A stretch of 57,769 nt of DNA from an uncultured bacterium (GCA_964631855.1 CAZWAM010000004.1:3508-61276), one strand, 5' to 3'; numbered from the stretch's first letter, positions 35,026-44,727 are shown. Notes: generated by a model from the letters alone, not told the origin. Numbers and translations are program-made.

Positions 35026-37569
35026 CTACTTCACGACGACGATTTTCCCGGCTTGCTTCTGCTCTCGCCCCTCGACGCCGTAGAGGTAGACGCCCGGCGC
35101 GAGCGCGCCGCCGTCGTCCCCGGCAGGCCGCCACACGCACTCGTCGCGACCCACGGCCACCTCCTCGCGGCCTACGCGCCGCCCCGCAAGGTCGTATATC
35201 TCCACCGTCGCGGGTGACTTAAGGCCGACGAAGTTCACGCCTCCCGCGGATGTCGCGTAGCAATACGGATTCGGATAAACGGCGAAGGTCCGGGCGTAGG
35301 GAACGGCCTCGCCCCCGGGCGGCGGCGGCTCGGTAAAGGTCCCGGCCACGCCCGCCAGGTGGGCCAGCGTCGCGGCGAGGTCCCGGGCGCAGCGCGCGCC
35401 GAACGCCGGCTGGAGCTTGTCGAGCGTATCCTCGGGCGTGTGGTACCAGGGATATTCTATACCGCCGCCCTCGCCGACCTCGCCTTCGATGACGCCCAGC
35501 GCCGCGTAACCAACTTTAGTGAACGACCAGTCGTCGCTGACCCAATCGTCGTCCCAATCGTATATAAGCTCCTGGCCGTAGAGGCTACCTACGGCCTGTA
35601 AGTAACCCACCAACCAGGATGCCTCTTTAGGCGCGCCAACCGTCAGGTCGTCGCGGGAGCCGTTCTCTTCGTCGTAACTCACCATATCGGCGTTGAGGAC
35701 CGCCACGATCTTTTCGCCCTTTTCGGCGCACTCCCGGGCGTAGGCCTCGCTGCCGAGGAGGTACGCCTCCTCGTCGCCGAATCCCATAAACCGCACGGTC
35801 CGTTTGAAGCTGACGTTGCGGAAGGCGCGGGCGGCGCACATCGCGACCGCCGTCCCGGAGGCGTTGTCCTCCGCGCCGGGGCAGACCCAGGGCCGTTCGG
35901 TGGAAATGGAGTCGTGGTGGCCGCCCACGATAACGATCTCGTCCGGCCTCTCGGTCCCCTTACGCTCGGCGACGACGTTGTACTCCGGGGCGTTGAGACG
36001 GCCGGATATATCGGTCCAGCTCGAGCCGCCGTCGTCGGTCCGGTAGACGGCGTCGCCGTAGTAATCGCCGATGACGCCACGCGAGGCGTCGGCGAACGCC
36101 ATAACGACGCATTCGATCGCGGGCGCGGCCTTGACCCGCGCCCAGGTCCGGCCGCCGTCGTTCGTTTTAATCAGCGGGTCGCCGCCTATATAGCCCCGGG
36201 CCGTGGTCGGGAACTCCACCTGCCGGAAGTCGCCCCTGAAGCCGGTATCGACTTCTTTCCAGTTCACGCCGTCGGTGGTGTGGAGGACGCGGTTAAGGGT
36301 CGTTACGCCCCACGCATCCGCGGCCCCCACGGCCGCAACGTCGTATACGTATTCGCCGCGGCCTAACGGAACCGAACAGACCTGCCAATTATCACCGCCG
36401 TCTGCGGTGTAATAAAGCGGGGGGGCGTACACGGTATACACCACCGCCCATATATGACTCGAGGTATAACAAACCATACGGTTGAAGTAACGCATGGCAG
36501 GATGCATTAGCGGAATCCCGCGCCACGTTTGGCCGCCATTTTCCGTTTTTACCAGCCGGTCAGTTCCGATATAACCACCGCCCGCGGCCTTCCAATCCGC
36601 ATAGCTTATCCAGCCGACGCGCGGCGTCGCGAACGCTATGCCGTAGATGGAACGGAAAGCCACCGGCAGGGCCGGCGCGTATCGCACGTATTGACAGGAA
36701 TCGCCGCCGTCCTCGGTTATCGCGACGTAACCGTCGATGCCCGCGACGAAACCCGCGTCGCCGTCGAGCCACCAACACGACGGCGGGTTATAATAATTCC
36801 CGGCGGCCCCCTTGGCGGGGCGGAGGGTGTCCCAGCTCGCGCCGCGGTCCCGGGAGCGCCGGACCATGCAGTGGTAATCGTCTAGGTAGATATTGCCGCC
36901 CGCCTCCGGATAATGGGCGACCTCGTAGCGGCCGCACGCGAACGCGTGCCAATCAGCGTCCAGGTTTTGCCCGGCGAACCAGTTGCGGAGCCAGTTGCGC
37001 GCCCCCTCCATGTTCGGCGTAAAGGAATAGCGCGTCCCGTAACTCTGAAGCTTGCCGATGTACCCCGCGTATTCTTCCGCCGTGATGGTTTTGATGGCCG
37101 CGTCCACCGTGGCGTCTTTCTTGGTGGGCGGCGCCTCGGCCACCCCCTTCCAGGCCGCGCGCGTCGTAGGCCGCAGCTCGCGGACGCGCAGGCGCGGCTC
37201 CATAGCCAACAGGATGCCGATATCGCCGGGGGCCGCGACCGCAACCACGTAGTCGTCGCCGAGCCGTTGGACGTCGCCTACCGTCGCCATATCCGCCGCC
37301 GTCAGCGCCGTTCGCCTGGGCGGCGAGACGAGGAAGTAATGCTTGCCGCGGGCGCCCTCGTCCAACACCCGGTACGGCGCCACGCGCCCGAGCGCGGCGC
37401 TCGAGCCGTTATACAAATACCCCGCCGCGCACAAGCCCAAATAATAAAGCCCCGCGCCTTCGTCGGGCCGGACCTCTTTATCGGAAATCACGACGAGGTC
37501 GCCAGGCAACGCGTACGCCGCCGCGGCTGCGAGAGCGGCCCCGACGACTATAATATTTATTATCTTCAC
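35026..37569 (-). CDS. M28 peptidase, paralog 3: same architecture
   Basis: 847 aa, GTG start (VKIINIIVVGAALAAAAAYA). Blocks: GGHHDS, CPGAEDNASG, FGDEEAYLLGS, LNADMV, WYHTPEDT. Seven Asp-box-like repeats. CTD: VYPNPYCYATSAGGVNFVGLKSPATVEIYDLAGRRV. Confidence 0.85.
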   Translation of the reverse strand: MKIINIIVVGAALAAAAAYALPGDLVVISDKEVRPDEGAGLYYLGLCAAGYLYNGSSAALGRVAPYRVLDEGARGKHYFLVSPPRRTALTAADMATVGDVQRLGDDYVVAVAAPGDIGILLAMEPRLRVRELRPTTRAAWKGVAEAPPTKKDATVDAAIKTITAEEYAGYIGKLQSYGTRYSFTPNMEGARNWLRNWFAGQNLDADWHAFACGRYEVAHYPEAGGNIYLDDYHCMVRRSRDRGASWDTLRPAKGAAGNYYNPPSCWWLDGDAGFVAGIDGYVAITEDGGDSCQYVRYAPALPVAFRSIYGIAFATPRVGWISYADWKAAGGGYIGTDRLVKTENGGQTWRGIPLMHPAMRYFNRMVCYTSSHIWAVVYTVYAPPLYYTADGGDNWQVCSVPLGRGEYVYDVAAVGAADAWGVTTLNRVLHTTDGVNWKEVDTGFRGDFRQVEFPTTARGYIGGDPLIKTNDGGRTWARVKAAPAIECVVMAFADASRGVIGDYYGDAVYRTDDGGSSWTDISGRLNAPEYNVVAERKGTERPDEIVIVGGHHDSISTERPWVCPGAEDNASGTAVAMCAARAFRNVSFKRTVRFMGFGDEEAYLLGSEAYARECAEKGEKIVAVLNADMVSYDEENGSRDDLTVGAPKEASWLVGYLQAVGSLYGQELIYDWDDDWVSDDWSFTKVGYAALGVIEGEVGEGGGIEYPWYHTPEDTLDKLQPAFGARCARDLAATLAHLAGVAGTFTEPPPPGGEAVPYARTFAVYPNPYCYATSAGGVNFVGLKSPATVEIYDLAGRRVGREEVAVGRDECVWRPAGDDGGALAPGVYLYGVEGREQKQAGKIVVVK

Positions 37570-37670
37570 GTCTGCACTTCCCCTACTCGCCGGCGTTACC
37601 TGGCGATGACTATCTTGCCCGCCTTCTTCTGCTCCCGCCCGACGACGCGGTAGAGGTAGACGCCGGGGGC
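37510..37670. repeat. 161-bp perfect direct repeat, copy 1 (junction of paralogs 4 and 3)
   Basis: Base-for-base identical to 40071-40231 at an offset of 2561 bp; mismatches at 37509/40070 and 37671/40232 bound it. It covers the last ~25 codons of one gene, the 26-nt spacer with SD sequence, and the first ~20 codons (signal peptide) of the next gene. Confidence 0.9.
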
Positions 37671-40130
37671 AAGCGTTTCACCCTCCCGAGTAGCGGGCCG
37701 CCACACGCACTCGTCGCAGCCGTCGGCTACTTGCTCTCGAGCAACGCGCCGGCCTGCCAGATCGTATATCTCCACCATCGCTGGCGACTTCAGGCCGACG
37801 AAGTTGACGCCTCCCGCGGATGCCGAATAACAATACGGGTTCGGGTAAACGGCGAAGGGTCGGGAGAACGGGACCGCGGCGTACCCCGGCGGCGCAGGTT
37901 CGAAGAAGTACGGGCCCAAGCCGGCTAAGTGCGCCAACGTCGCCGCCAGGTCGCGGCAAAGGCGGACGCCCAGGGCCGGGTGGAGTTTATCCAACGTATC
38001 CTCGGCGGTATGATAGTACGGATAGTCGATAACGCGACCTTCGCCCTTACCTCCTTCGATGACGCCGAGCGCCGGATAACCGGCATCCCAGAACCGGGCG
38101 TGGTCGGCCCACCACTCCTCCGAATCGTAAATTAAGTCGTTACCGTACAGGCGGCCCACGCCCACTAAATAATCGTAAAGCCACTTGTACGTATCCTCTT
38201 TATGGGCCACGGCAAAATCGTCACGCGCGCCGCGGTCCTCGTCGTATGATACCATGTCGGCGTTTAATACCGCGACGACCTTCTCGCCGCGCCGCGCGCA
38301 TTCTTCCGCATAATATTTACTTCCGATACAACCGTATTCCTCGGCGCCGAAGGCAACGTAACGCACGGTCCTTTTAAAAGACATATTCCGAAACGCCCGC
38401 GCCGCGGCCATCGCGCAAGCCGTCCCGGAGGCGTTATCCTCGGCGCCGGGAGCCACCCACGGCCTTTCGTCCGAATAGGAGTCGTAGTGGCCGCCGACGA
38501 TGACGATCTCCTCAGGGACCTCACAACCTAAGCGCTCCCCTATCACGTTGTCCGCGGACAAGTTCAAGTCTTGTGATATATCCACGAACGTTTTGCAACC
38601 GTCGTCGGTCCGGTATTGATGTTGGCCTTTCTCATCTCCCACTACGCCATGCAAACGGTCCGCAAACGCGAGAAGGTCGCATTCCATCTCGGGCGCGCCC
38701 GCTACTTCGCGCCACGTCTTGCCGCCGTCGTCGGTGGCTATTAAGGTTGAACCCGCGGCGTATCCGTGCTCGGCGTCTGGGAATTCGACGTTGTAAAACC
38801 ATCCCGAGACGCCGGGGTTAACGTACTGCCAATTGAGGCCGTCGATGGTATGCAAGAGCATATTCGAACGGTCCGCGGCCCAAGCCTCGCGCTCGCCAAC
38901 CGCGGCGAGGTCGATGTAATATACCATCCCCCCTATAGGGTCGGCGCAAGGCCGCCACGTCGCACCGCCGTTGTCGGTGTAAATAAAACACGGTTTGAAA
39001 TTAGTATAGCAGTTCGCCGCCCAACCGCATTTCCCGTCAAAGAAGCTGATACTACCGGCCCGGAAGTGCTCGGGAAGATTTTGTTCCTTCCATGTCCGCC
39101 CGCCGTCCGTAGTTTTCAAAATATAAGCACCGTAGTAGAAACCCTGGGGCGTTACGTAAGGCGGGTACGCAACAACGCCGAGCCAGCCGACATATTCCGA
39201 CATGAAATGGCACGAATAAGGGTAATAGCTCCACGTGCGGCGTTCCTGGCCGAAGTCCACCGTATCCCACGTGTCGCCGCCGTCGCGCGTCTTCGCAAGC
39301 TTCTTGTTCGAGCCGGGGGCAAAGCCCGTAAGGCTGTCTAACCAGTAACCTTCCCCGTAGGCATTTACGCCACGGGGCCAGACCGCATCCCACGTACCAC
39401 CGCCGTCGCGCGAACGCCGTATTAGGCCGTGCCGGGTATCGAGGTATATATTGCCGCCGGCCTTAGGATAATGAGCGGCCGCGAATTCGGTGCACGGGAA
39501 CGGGAATAACGTCGTCTCGAGGTTTTGCGTCGCGAAGAAGTTCCGGAGGTAATCGCGCGCGCCTTCGCAACCGCGCGTCAACGTATATCGCGTCCAGTAA
39601 TCCTGCAATCGTTTTATATAACCGGCGTACTCTTCTTCGGTAATTGTGTTTATAGCCCCTTCTATAGCCGGATCCTTCTTCGTCGGCGGCGCCTCGCCGT
39701 CGTAGCGCCACTCCACCGGCGTCACGGGCTCGAGCTTTATCAGCTCAACTCTGTGGTCGACGGCCCGGAGCGCGCCCGGGCCCAGGCCCCGCTCGAGCCC
39801 TACCAGTATTTCATATTCCGAGAGCCGAACTGCCGTACCCAAATGCACAAAGTCCGCGGCCGTAACCTTCACCCATTCCGGCGCCCAGACGATATAGTAA
39901 TCTTTGGCCTCCGCGTCGCGGTCCAGGAGGCGGTACGGCGCCACGCGGCCTAACGCGGCACTCGAGCCATTGTACAAATACCCCGCCCCGCACGAGCCCA
40001 AATAATAAAGCGCCGCCGCCTCGTCGGGCCGGACTTCCTTAGCAGAAATCACGACGAGGTCGCCGGGTAGCGCGTACGCCGCCGCGGCTGCGAGAGCGGC
40101 CCCGACGACTATAATATTTATTATCTTCAC
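37596..40130 (-). CDS. M28 peptidase, paralog 4: same architecture
   Basis: The ORF track extends to 40262, but that extension reads through the CTD of paralog 5 in another frame. The GTG at 40130 gives the same VKIINIIVVGAALAAAAAYA signal peptide as paralog 3. Blocks: GGHYDS, APGAEDNASG, FGAEEYGCIGS. Confidence 0.85.
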   Translation of the reverse strand: MKIINIIVVGAALAAAAAYALPGDLVVISAKEVRPDEAAALYYLGSCGAGYLYNGSSAALGRVAPYRLLDRDAEAKDYYIVWAPEWVKVTAADFVHLGTAVRLSEYEILVGLERGLGPGALRAVDHRVELIKLEPVTPVEWRYDGEAPPTKKDPAIEGAINTITEEEYAGYIKRLQDYWTRYTLTRGCEGARDYLRNFFATQNLETTLFPFPCTEFAAAHYPKAGGNIYLDTRHGLIRRSRDGGGTWDAVWPRGVNAYGEGYWLDSLTGFAPGSNKKLAKTRDGGDTWDTVDFGQERRTWSYYPYSCHFMSEYVGWLGVVAYPPYVTPQGFYYGAYILKTTDGGRTWKEQNLPEHFRAGSISFFDGKCGWAANCYTNFKPCFIYTDNGGATWRPCADPIGGMVYYIDLAAVGEREAWAADRSNMLLHTIDGLNWQYVNPGVSGWFYNVEFPDAEHGYAAGSTLIATDDGGKTWREVAGAPEMECDLLAFADRLHGVVGDEKGQHQYRTDDGCKTFVDISQDLNLSADNVIGERLGCEVPEEIVIVGGHYDSYSDERPWVAPGAEDNASGTACAMAAARAFRNMSFKRTVRYVAFGAEEYGCIGSKYYAEECARRGEKVVAVLNADMVSYDEDRGARDDFAVAHKEDTYKWLYDYLVGVGRLYGNDLIYDSEEWWADHARFWDAGYPALGVIEGGKGEGRVIDYPYYHTAEDTLDKLHPALGVRLCRDLAATLAHLAGLGPYFFEPAPPGYAAVPFSRPFAVYPNPYCYSASAGGVNFVGLKSPAMVEIYDLAGRRVAREQVADGCDECVWRPATREGETLAPGVYLYRVVGREQKKAGKIVIAR

Positions 40131-40231
40131 GTCTGCACTTCCCCTACTCGCCGGCGTTACCTGGCGATGACTATCTTGCCCGCCTTCTTCTGCTCCCGCC
40201 CGACGACGCGGTAGAGGTAGACGCCGGGGGC
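40071..40231. repeat. 161-bp perfect direct repeat, copy 2 (junction of paralogs 5 and 4)
   Basis: Identical to 37510-37670. Confidence 0.9.
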
Positions 40232-42652
40232 CGCGGCCCGCGCTGCAGGCCGCCACACGCACTCGTCGCTGGGCGCGGGCACCTCCTCCCGCGCCACGCG
40301 CCGGCCGGCAAGGTCGTATATCTCCACCGTCGCCGGCGACTTGACGCCGACGAAGTTCACGCCGCCCGCGGATGTCGCGTAGCAGTACGGGTTGGGGTAG
40401 ACGGCGAAGGGGCGGGCGAAGGGCACCGCCGCCACGCCTGGGCGCGGGTCCTCGACGCCGGTGTCGTCGAACGCGGCGAGATGCGCGAACATGGCGGCGT
40501 AGTCGCGGGCGAAGCGTACGCCCAGGGCGGGGCGGAGCTTATCGAGGGTGTCCTCGGTCGTGTGGTAATATGGGTATACCATACACCCGCCGGGCCCGAC
40601 GTTACCTTCGATTACGGCCAGAGCGGCGTAATTGAAAAGCCGAAAAGCCTCCTCGTCGCTACCGACGACGCCGACCTCGTAAATAACATTATTACCGTAT
40701 AGGCCACCGACGGCCTTCAAATAATCGAATAACCACTTGTCACGGCCGTAATCCACCGCGTAATCGTCGCGGTTACCGCCATCCTCGTCGTAACAAACCA
40801 TGTCGGCGTTGAGGACCGCGACGATATCGTGGCCCCGGTCCGCGCAGTACCGGGCGTAAAATTTACTGCCGACCAATCCGTCCTCTTCGGCCGCGAACGC
40901 AACGTACCGGACCGTCCTCGGAAAATCATTTCCTTTCAAAGCCCGGGCCGCGGCCAGGACGCAGGCGGTTCCCGAAGCGTTATCTTCGGCCCCGGGAGCG
41001 AGGGACGGAAGCATATCCGAGAGCGAATCGTAATGGCCGCAAATAATTACTATTTTATCCGGTTGGGAGCTGCCCCGCCGCTCGCCGACGACATTCTCGC
41101 CCGATATATCCACGTTATCGACAATATTGGTGAATGAGATACCGCCGTCGTCGGTCAGACACAGGTATTCCCCTAAGTGATCGCCCACGACGCCGTGGTT
41201 CCTATCGGCGAACGATAGCGCGAAACAAGCGCCGGTGGGCAACCCCGTAATCTCGCGCCACGTAGCCCCGCCGTCGGAAGTCGCGAAGAATTCAATCCCG
41301 GCGGCGTAGCCGTATTGACTATCAGGGAATTCTAAACGATATATCGGCCGGAAGGCGCCGACGTCTACCCGCGACCACGTCAACCCGTCGGTCGTATGTA
41401 GAATATTATTTTTGCCGGAGGTCGCCCACGCTTCGCGAGGGCCGACAGCTTCGATATCATTGACCGCTCCTACGCCACCCGGTAGGTTCCCTTCCTGCCA
41501 CGATTCCCCGCCGTTGGCAGTATAGAAAATCCGGCCGTCCGAACCGAAGTCCCAGGCCCAACCGTGATTGACGTCGTAGAAACCCATGGCGCCAATACGG
41601 GCCCCCCCCGGTGCGGGCCGAGGAGTCCAGGTCCGGCCTCCGTCCGTCGTCTTCGCCAGGAAGCCCGTGGGGATTTCGCTGTTCCTTTGGTAATCGCCGC
41701 CGAGCCATCCGATTTCGGGCGTCGTAAAACAAATACTAAACGCCTTGTATTTGTGTTCGGGATACCCGGAAGCGAACGTGATCGTCTCCCAGGTATCGCC
41801 GCCGTCGGTGGTTCTTGCGATTCGGTTGTTTTTCGCGCCGATGAACCCCGTATCGCGGTCATACCAAAAAACCGAAAGTATCCCGTCCGTACCTTCCGCA
41901 TAAACCGTGTCCCAAGTTAGGCCGTTGTCCTTGGACCTTTTAATGGTACTACGGTTCGTCCTAAGGTATATCCTAGCCGAAGCGGCGTCGTAATACGCTC
42001 CCCGGAAGCCCACGCAATCGAATTCGAACAACGACGTATCCAGCCCTTGCGCGGAGAAGAAGTCCCGGATGTAATCGCGTGCGGCGTCGCACCCCTTCGT
42101 GTCGGTACGCCGGGTTTTAAAACCCTGTAGCGTTCTAATATAACCGGCGTATCCCGCTTCCGTAATCGTATTGACCGCGGCCTCGATTACGGGGTCCTTT
42201 TCCGTCGGCGGCGCCTCGCCGTCGAACCGCCAATCCACGGGCGTTACGGGCTCGAGCTTGCGTAGTTCTATGCGATGCTCTACGGCCCGGAGGTCGCCCG
42301 GGCCCAGGCCCCGCTCGAGGCCGACCAGTATCTCGTATTCCGAGAGCCGCACCGCGGCGCCCAAGTGTTCGAAATCCTCGGCCTTAACCTTCACCCATTC
42401 CGGCGCCCAGACGATGTAGTAATCCTTGAGCTGGGCGTCACGGTCAAGGAGGCGGTACGGCGCCACGCGGCCTAACGCCGCACTCGAGCCGTTATATAAA
42501 TAACCGTCCCCCGCTTGCCCCAAATAGTACAACCCGGCCGCCTCGTCGGGCCGAACTTCTTTATCGGAAATTACGACGAGGTCGCCGGGTAACGCGTACG
42601 CCGCCGCGACAAAAGTTACGCTCGCGACGGCGGCATATAGTAACCTCTTCAC
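40157..42652 (-). CDS. M28 peptidase, paralog 5: same architecture
   Basis: Start preferred at GTG 42652 (VKRLLYAAVASVTFVAAAYA; GGGAG 7 nt upstream). The track start at 42673 lies 1 nt from the -10 box. Blocks: CGHYDS, APGAEDNASG, FAAEEDGLVGS, LNADMV, YYHTTEDT. Confidence 0.85.
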   Translation of the reverse strand: MKRLLYAAVASVTFVAAAYALPGDLVVISDKEVRPDEAAGLYYLGQAGDGYLYNGSSAALGRVAPYRLLDRDAQLKDYYIVWAPEWVKVKAEDFEHLGAAVRLSEYEILVGLERGLGPGDLRAVEHRIELRKLEPVTPVDWRFDGEAPPTEKDPVIEAAVNTITEAGYAGYIRTLQGFKTRRTDTKGCDAARDYIRDFFSAQGLDTSLFEFDCVGFRGAYYDAASARIYLRTNRSTIKRSKDNGLTWDTVYAEGTDGILSVFWYDRDTGFIGAKNNRIARTTDGGDTWETITFASGYPEHKYKAFSICFTTPEIGWLGGDYQRNSEIPTGFLAKTTDGGRTWTPRPAPGGARIGAMGFYDVNHGWAWDFGSDGRIFYTANGGESWQEGNLPGGVGAVNDIEAVGPREAWATSGKNNILHTTDGLTWSRVDVGAFRPIYRLEFPDSQYGYAAGIEFFATSDGGATWREITGLPTGACFALSFADRNHGVVGDHLGEYLCLTDDGGISFTNIVDNVDISGENVVGERRGSSQPDKIVIICGHYDSLSDMLPSLAPGAEDNASGTACVLAAARALKGNDFPRTVRYVAFAAEEDGLVGSKFYARYCADRGHDIVAVLNADMVCYDEDGGNRDDYAVDYGRDKWLFDYLKAVGGLYGNNVIYEVGVVGSDEEAFRLFNYAALAVIEGNVGPGGCMVYPYYHTTEDTLDKLRPALGVRFARDYAAMFAHLAAFDDTGVEDPRPGVAAVPFARPFAVYPNPYCYATSAGGVNFVGVKSPATVEIYDLAGRRVAREEVPAPSDECVWRPAARAAAPGVYLYRVVGREQKKAGKIVIAR

Positions 42653-42674
42653 GACATCACTCCCTTCTCGCACA

Positions 42675-42704
42675 ATTATATACCAACAAGTCGGGATAAG
42701 TCAA
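42675..42704 (-). promoter_or_regulatory. Sigma70-like promoter at the head of the M28 array
   Basis: Minus strand: TTGACT (42704-42699), 18-nt spacer, TATAAT (42680-42675). Confidence 0.5.
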
Positions 42705-42795
42705 GGCAAATAAAAAGCCGGCCCGGGCAAGGGAAATCTCCGCGAGCCGAGCCGGCGTTGTTAACTGAGGTCGAGAGGCGAAGAAGCCTCTCTAA

Positions 42796-44727
42796 TTATT
42801 TTTGGCTTTCCCCCTCGTCCTCAACGATTTCGTAGTCGGCGTCCACGACGTCGCCCTTGGGGCCGTCGCCGCCCGGGGGCGGCGGCTGCGCGCCCGTTCC
42901 GCCGGGAGGCGGCTGCGCCCCCGCGCCGGCCTGCTGGTAGAGCCGCGTGGACATCTCGTTCAGCGCGACCTCCAGGCCCTCGGTGGCCGAACGGATCTCG
43001 GCCGCGTCGCCCTTCTCGCGGGCGTCTTTGAGGCGCCGGATGGCCCCGTCTATCTTGTTCTTCTCTTCAGCGGTGACCTTGTCGCCAAGCTCCTTCAAAA
43101 GCTTCTCGGACTGGTAGACGGCGGAGTCGGCGCGGTTCTTGATCTCGGCCTCCTCGCGCATCTTCTTGTCCTCCGCCTCGTGGTCCTTGGCCTCCCCAAC
43201 CATCCCGTCGATCTCGTCGTCGGTGAGGCCGCTGGAGGCCGTGATGGTGATGCGCTGCTCCTTGCTGGTGGCCATGTCCTTCGCCGAGACGTTCAGGATG
43301 CCGTTGGCGTCGATGTCGAAGGTCACTTCGATTTGCGGGACGCCGCGGGGCGCGGGCGGTATACCCTCCAGGTGGAAGCGGCCTATGGTCCGGTTGTACG
43401 CGGCCATCTCGCGCTCGCCCTGCAGGACGTGGATTTCGACCGTCGTCTGGTTGTCGTCCGCGGTGGTGAAGATCTGGCTCTTGCGGGTGGGGATGGTGGT
43501 GTTGCGCTCGATGAGGCGGGTCGTAACGCCGCCCAAGGTCTCGATTCCCAGCGAGAGCGGCGTGACGTCGAGGAGCAGGACGTCCTTGACGTCGCCGGCG
43601 AGAATGGCGCCCTGAATCGCGGCGCCCAGGGCCACGACCTCGTCCGGGTTGACGGACCTGTTGGGTTCCTTGCCGAACAGCTGCCTGACTTTGTTCTGGA
43701 CCGCGGGCATACGCGTCTGGCCGCCGACCAGGATGACCTCGTCGACTTCGGCCGGCGCAAGGCCCGCGTCCTTGAGGGCCTGTTGGCACGGCCCGACGGT
43801 CCTCTCGACGAGGTCGGCTACCAGCTCTTCGAGCTTGGCCCGCGTGACCTGCTTCTCGAGGTGCTTGGGCCCGGTGGCGTCCGCGGTGACGTACATCAGG
43901 TTAATAGCGGTCTCTGTTAGGGTAGAGAGCTCGCATTTGGCTTTCTCCGCGGCCTCCTTGAGCCGCTGGAGCGCCATCTTGTCCTCGCGCAGGTCGATGC
44001 CCGTATCGTTCTTGAACTCGTCGGCGAGCCAGTTGATGACGCGTTCGTCGAAATCGTCGCCGCCCAGGTGCGTATCGCCGTTGGTCGCCAGCACCTGGAA
44101 GACGCCTTCCTCGCCGATCTCGAGGATCGAGATGTCGAAGGTCCCGCCGCCGAGGTCGAAGACCGCGACCTTCTCGTTGGCCTTCTTCTCGAGGCCGTAG
44201 GCAAGGGCCGCGGCGGTAGGTTCGTTGATGATGCGCTCGACCTCGAGGCCGGCGATCTTGCCCGCGTCCTTGGTGGCCTGGCGTTGGGAGTCGTTGAAAT
44301 AGGCCGGCACCGTCACCACGGCCTTATTGACGCGCTCGCCCAGGTAGTCTTCCGCGGTCTCGCGCATCTTCTGCAGGACCATGGCGCTTATCTCGGGCGG
44401 CGAATACTGTTTGTCGCCGATTTGGACGCGGCAATCGCCGTTGGCCGCCTCGACCACCTTGAAGGAAACCGTCTTGATCTCCGCGGGCACCTCCGCGTGC
44501 CGGCGCCCCATGAAGCGCTTTATAGAATAAACGGTATTCTCCGGGTTGGCTATCGCCTGCCGCTTGGCGACGGAACCGACGACCCTTTTGCCGTCTTTCA
44601 GGAATGCCACCACGGAAGGCGTCGTCCGCGACCCCTCGGCGTTGGGGATCACCACCGGCTCGCCACCCTCCATCACGGCCACGCACGAGTTGGTGGTCCC
44701 CAGGTCGATACCGATTATCTTAGGCAT
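42796..44727 (-). CDS. dnaK: Molecular chaperone DnaK (Hsp70)
   Basis: 643 aa. [22 protein letters not shown]..., DLGGGTFD, and a C-terminal acidic tail. Confidence 0.97.
   Translation of the reverse strand: MPKIIGIDLGTTNSCVAVMEGGEPVVIPNAEGSRTTPSVVAFLKDGKRVVGSVAKRQAIANPENTVYSIKRFMGRRHAEVPAEIKTVSFKVVEAANGDCRVQIGDKQYSPPEISAMVLQKMRETAEDYLGERVNKAVVTVPAYFNDSQRQATKDAGKIAGLEVERIINEPTAAALAYGLEKKANEKVAVFDLGGGTFDISILEIGEEGVFQVLATNGDTHLGGDDFDERVINWLADEFKNDTGIDLREDKMALQRLKEAAEKAKCELSTLTETAINLMYVTADATGPKHLEKQVTRAKLEELVADLVERTVGPCQQALKDAGLAPAEVDEVILVGGQTRMPAVQNKVRQLFGKEPNRSVNPDEVVALGAAIQGAILAGDVKDVLLLDVTPLSLGIETLGGVTTRLIERNTTIPTRKSQIFTTADDNQTTVEIHVLQGEREMAAYNRTIGRFHLEGIPPAPRGVPQIEVTFDIDANGILNVSAKDMATSKEQRITITASSGLTDDEIDGMVGEAKDHEAEDKKMREEAEIKNRADSAVYQSEKLLKELGDKVTAEEKNKIDGAIRRLKDAREKGDAAEIRSATEGLEVALNEMSTRLYQQAGAGAQPPPGGTGAQPPPPGGDGPKGDVVDADYEIVEDEGESQK

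Noticed and set aside
40131-40262. 44-codon N-terminal extension of paralog 4 given by the ORF track (MRVAACSAGRGPRR...)
   Set aside because: It reads through the sorting-domain codons of paralog 5 in a different frame. The GTG at 40130 reproduces exactly the signal peptide, SD sequence and spacer seen for paralog 3. The similar small ORF at 34955..35140 is the same artefact.
30026-42673. Regular ~2.5-kb periodicity that might suggest a repeat array or CRISPR-like structure
   Set aside because: The period corresponds to full-length protein-coding paralogs. There are no short direct repeats with unique spacers and no cas genes.
42770-42795. Hairpin gagaggc-N6-gcctctc after the dnaK stop as an intrinsic terminator
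   Set aside because: On the minus strand it is not followed by a T-run, so it is at best a weak or Rho-dependent signal. I did not list it as a feature.
42802-43920. 372-aa plus-strand ORF antisense to dnaK (plus the nested 43139..43615 and 44068..44931 ORFs)
   Set aside because: It lies entirely inside the highly conserved dnaK coding region on the opposite strand. The composition is Gly/Arg/Val/Asp-rich, as expected for an antisense frame of GC-rich DNA. Long antisense ORFs across dnaK are a well-known annotation artefact.
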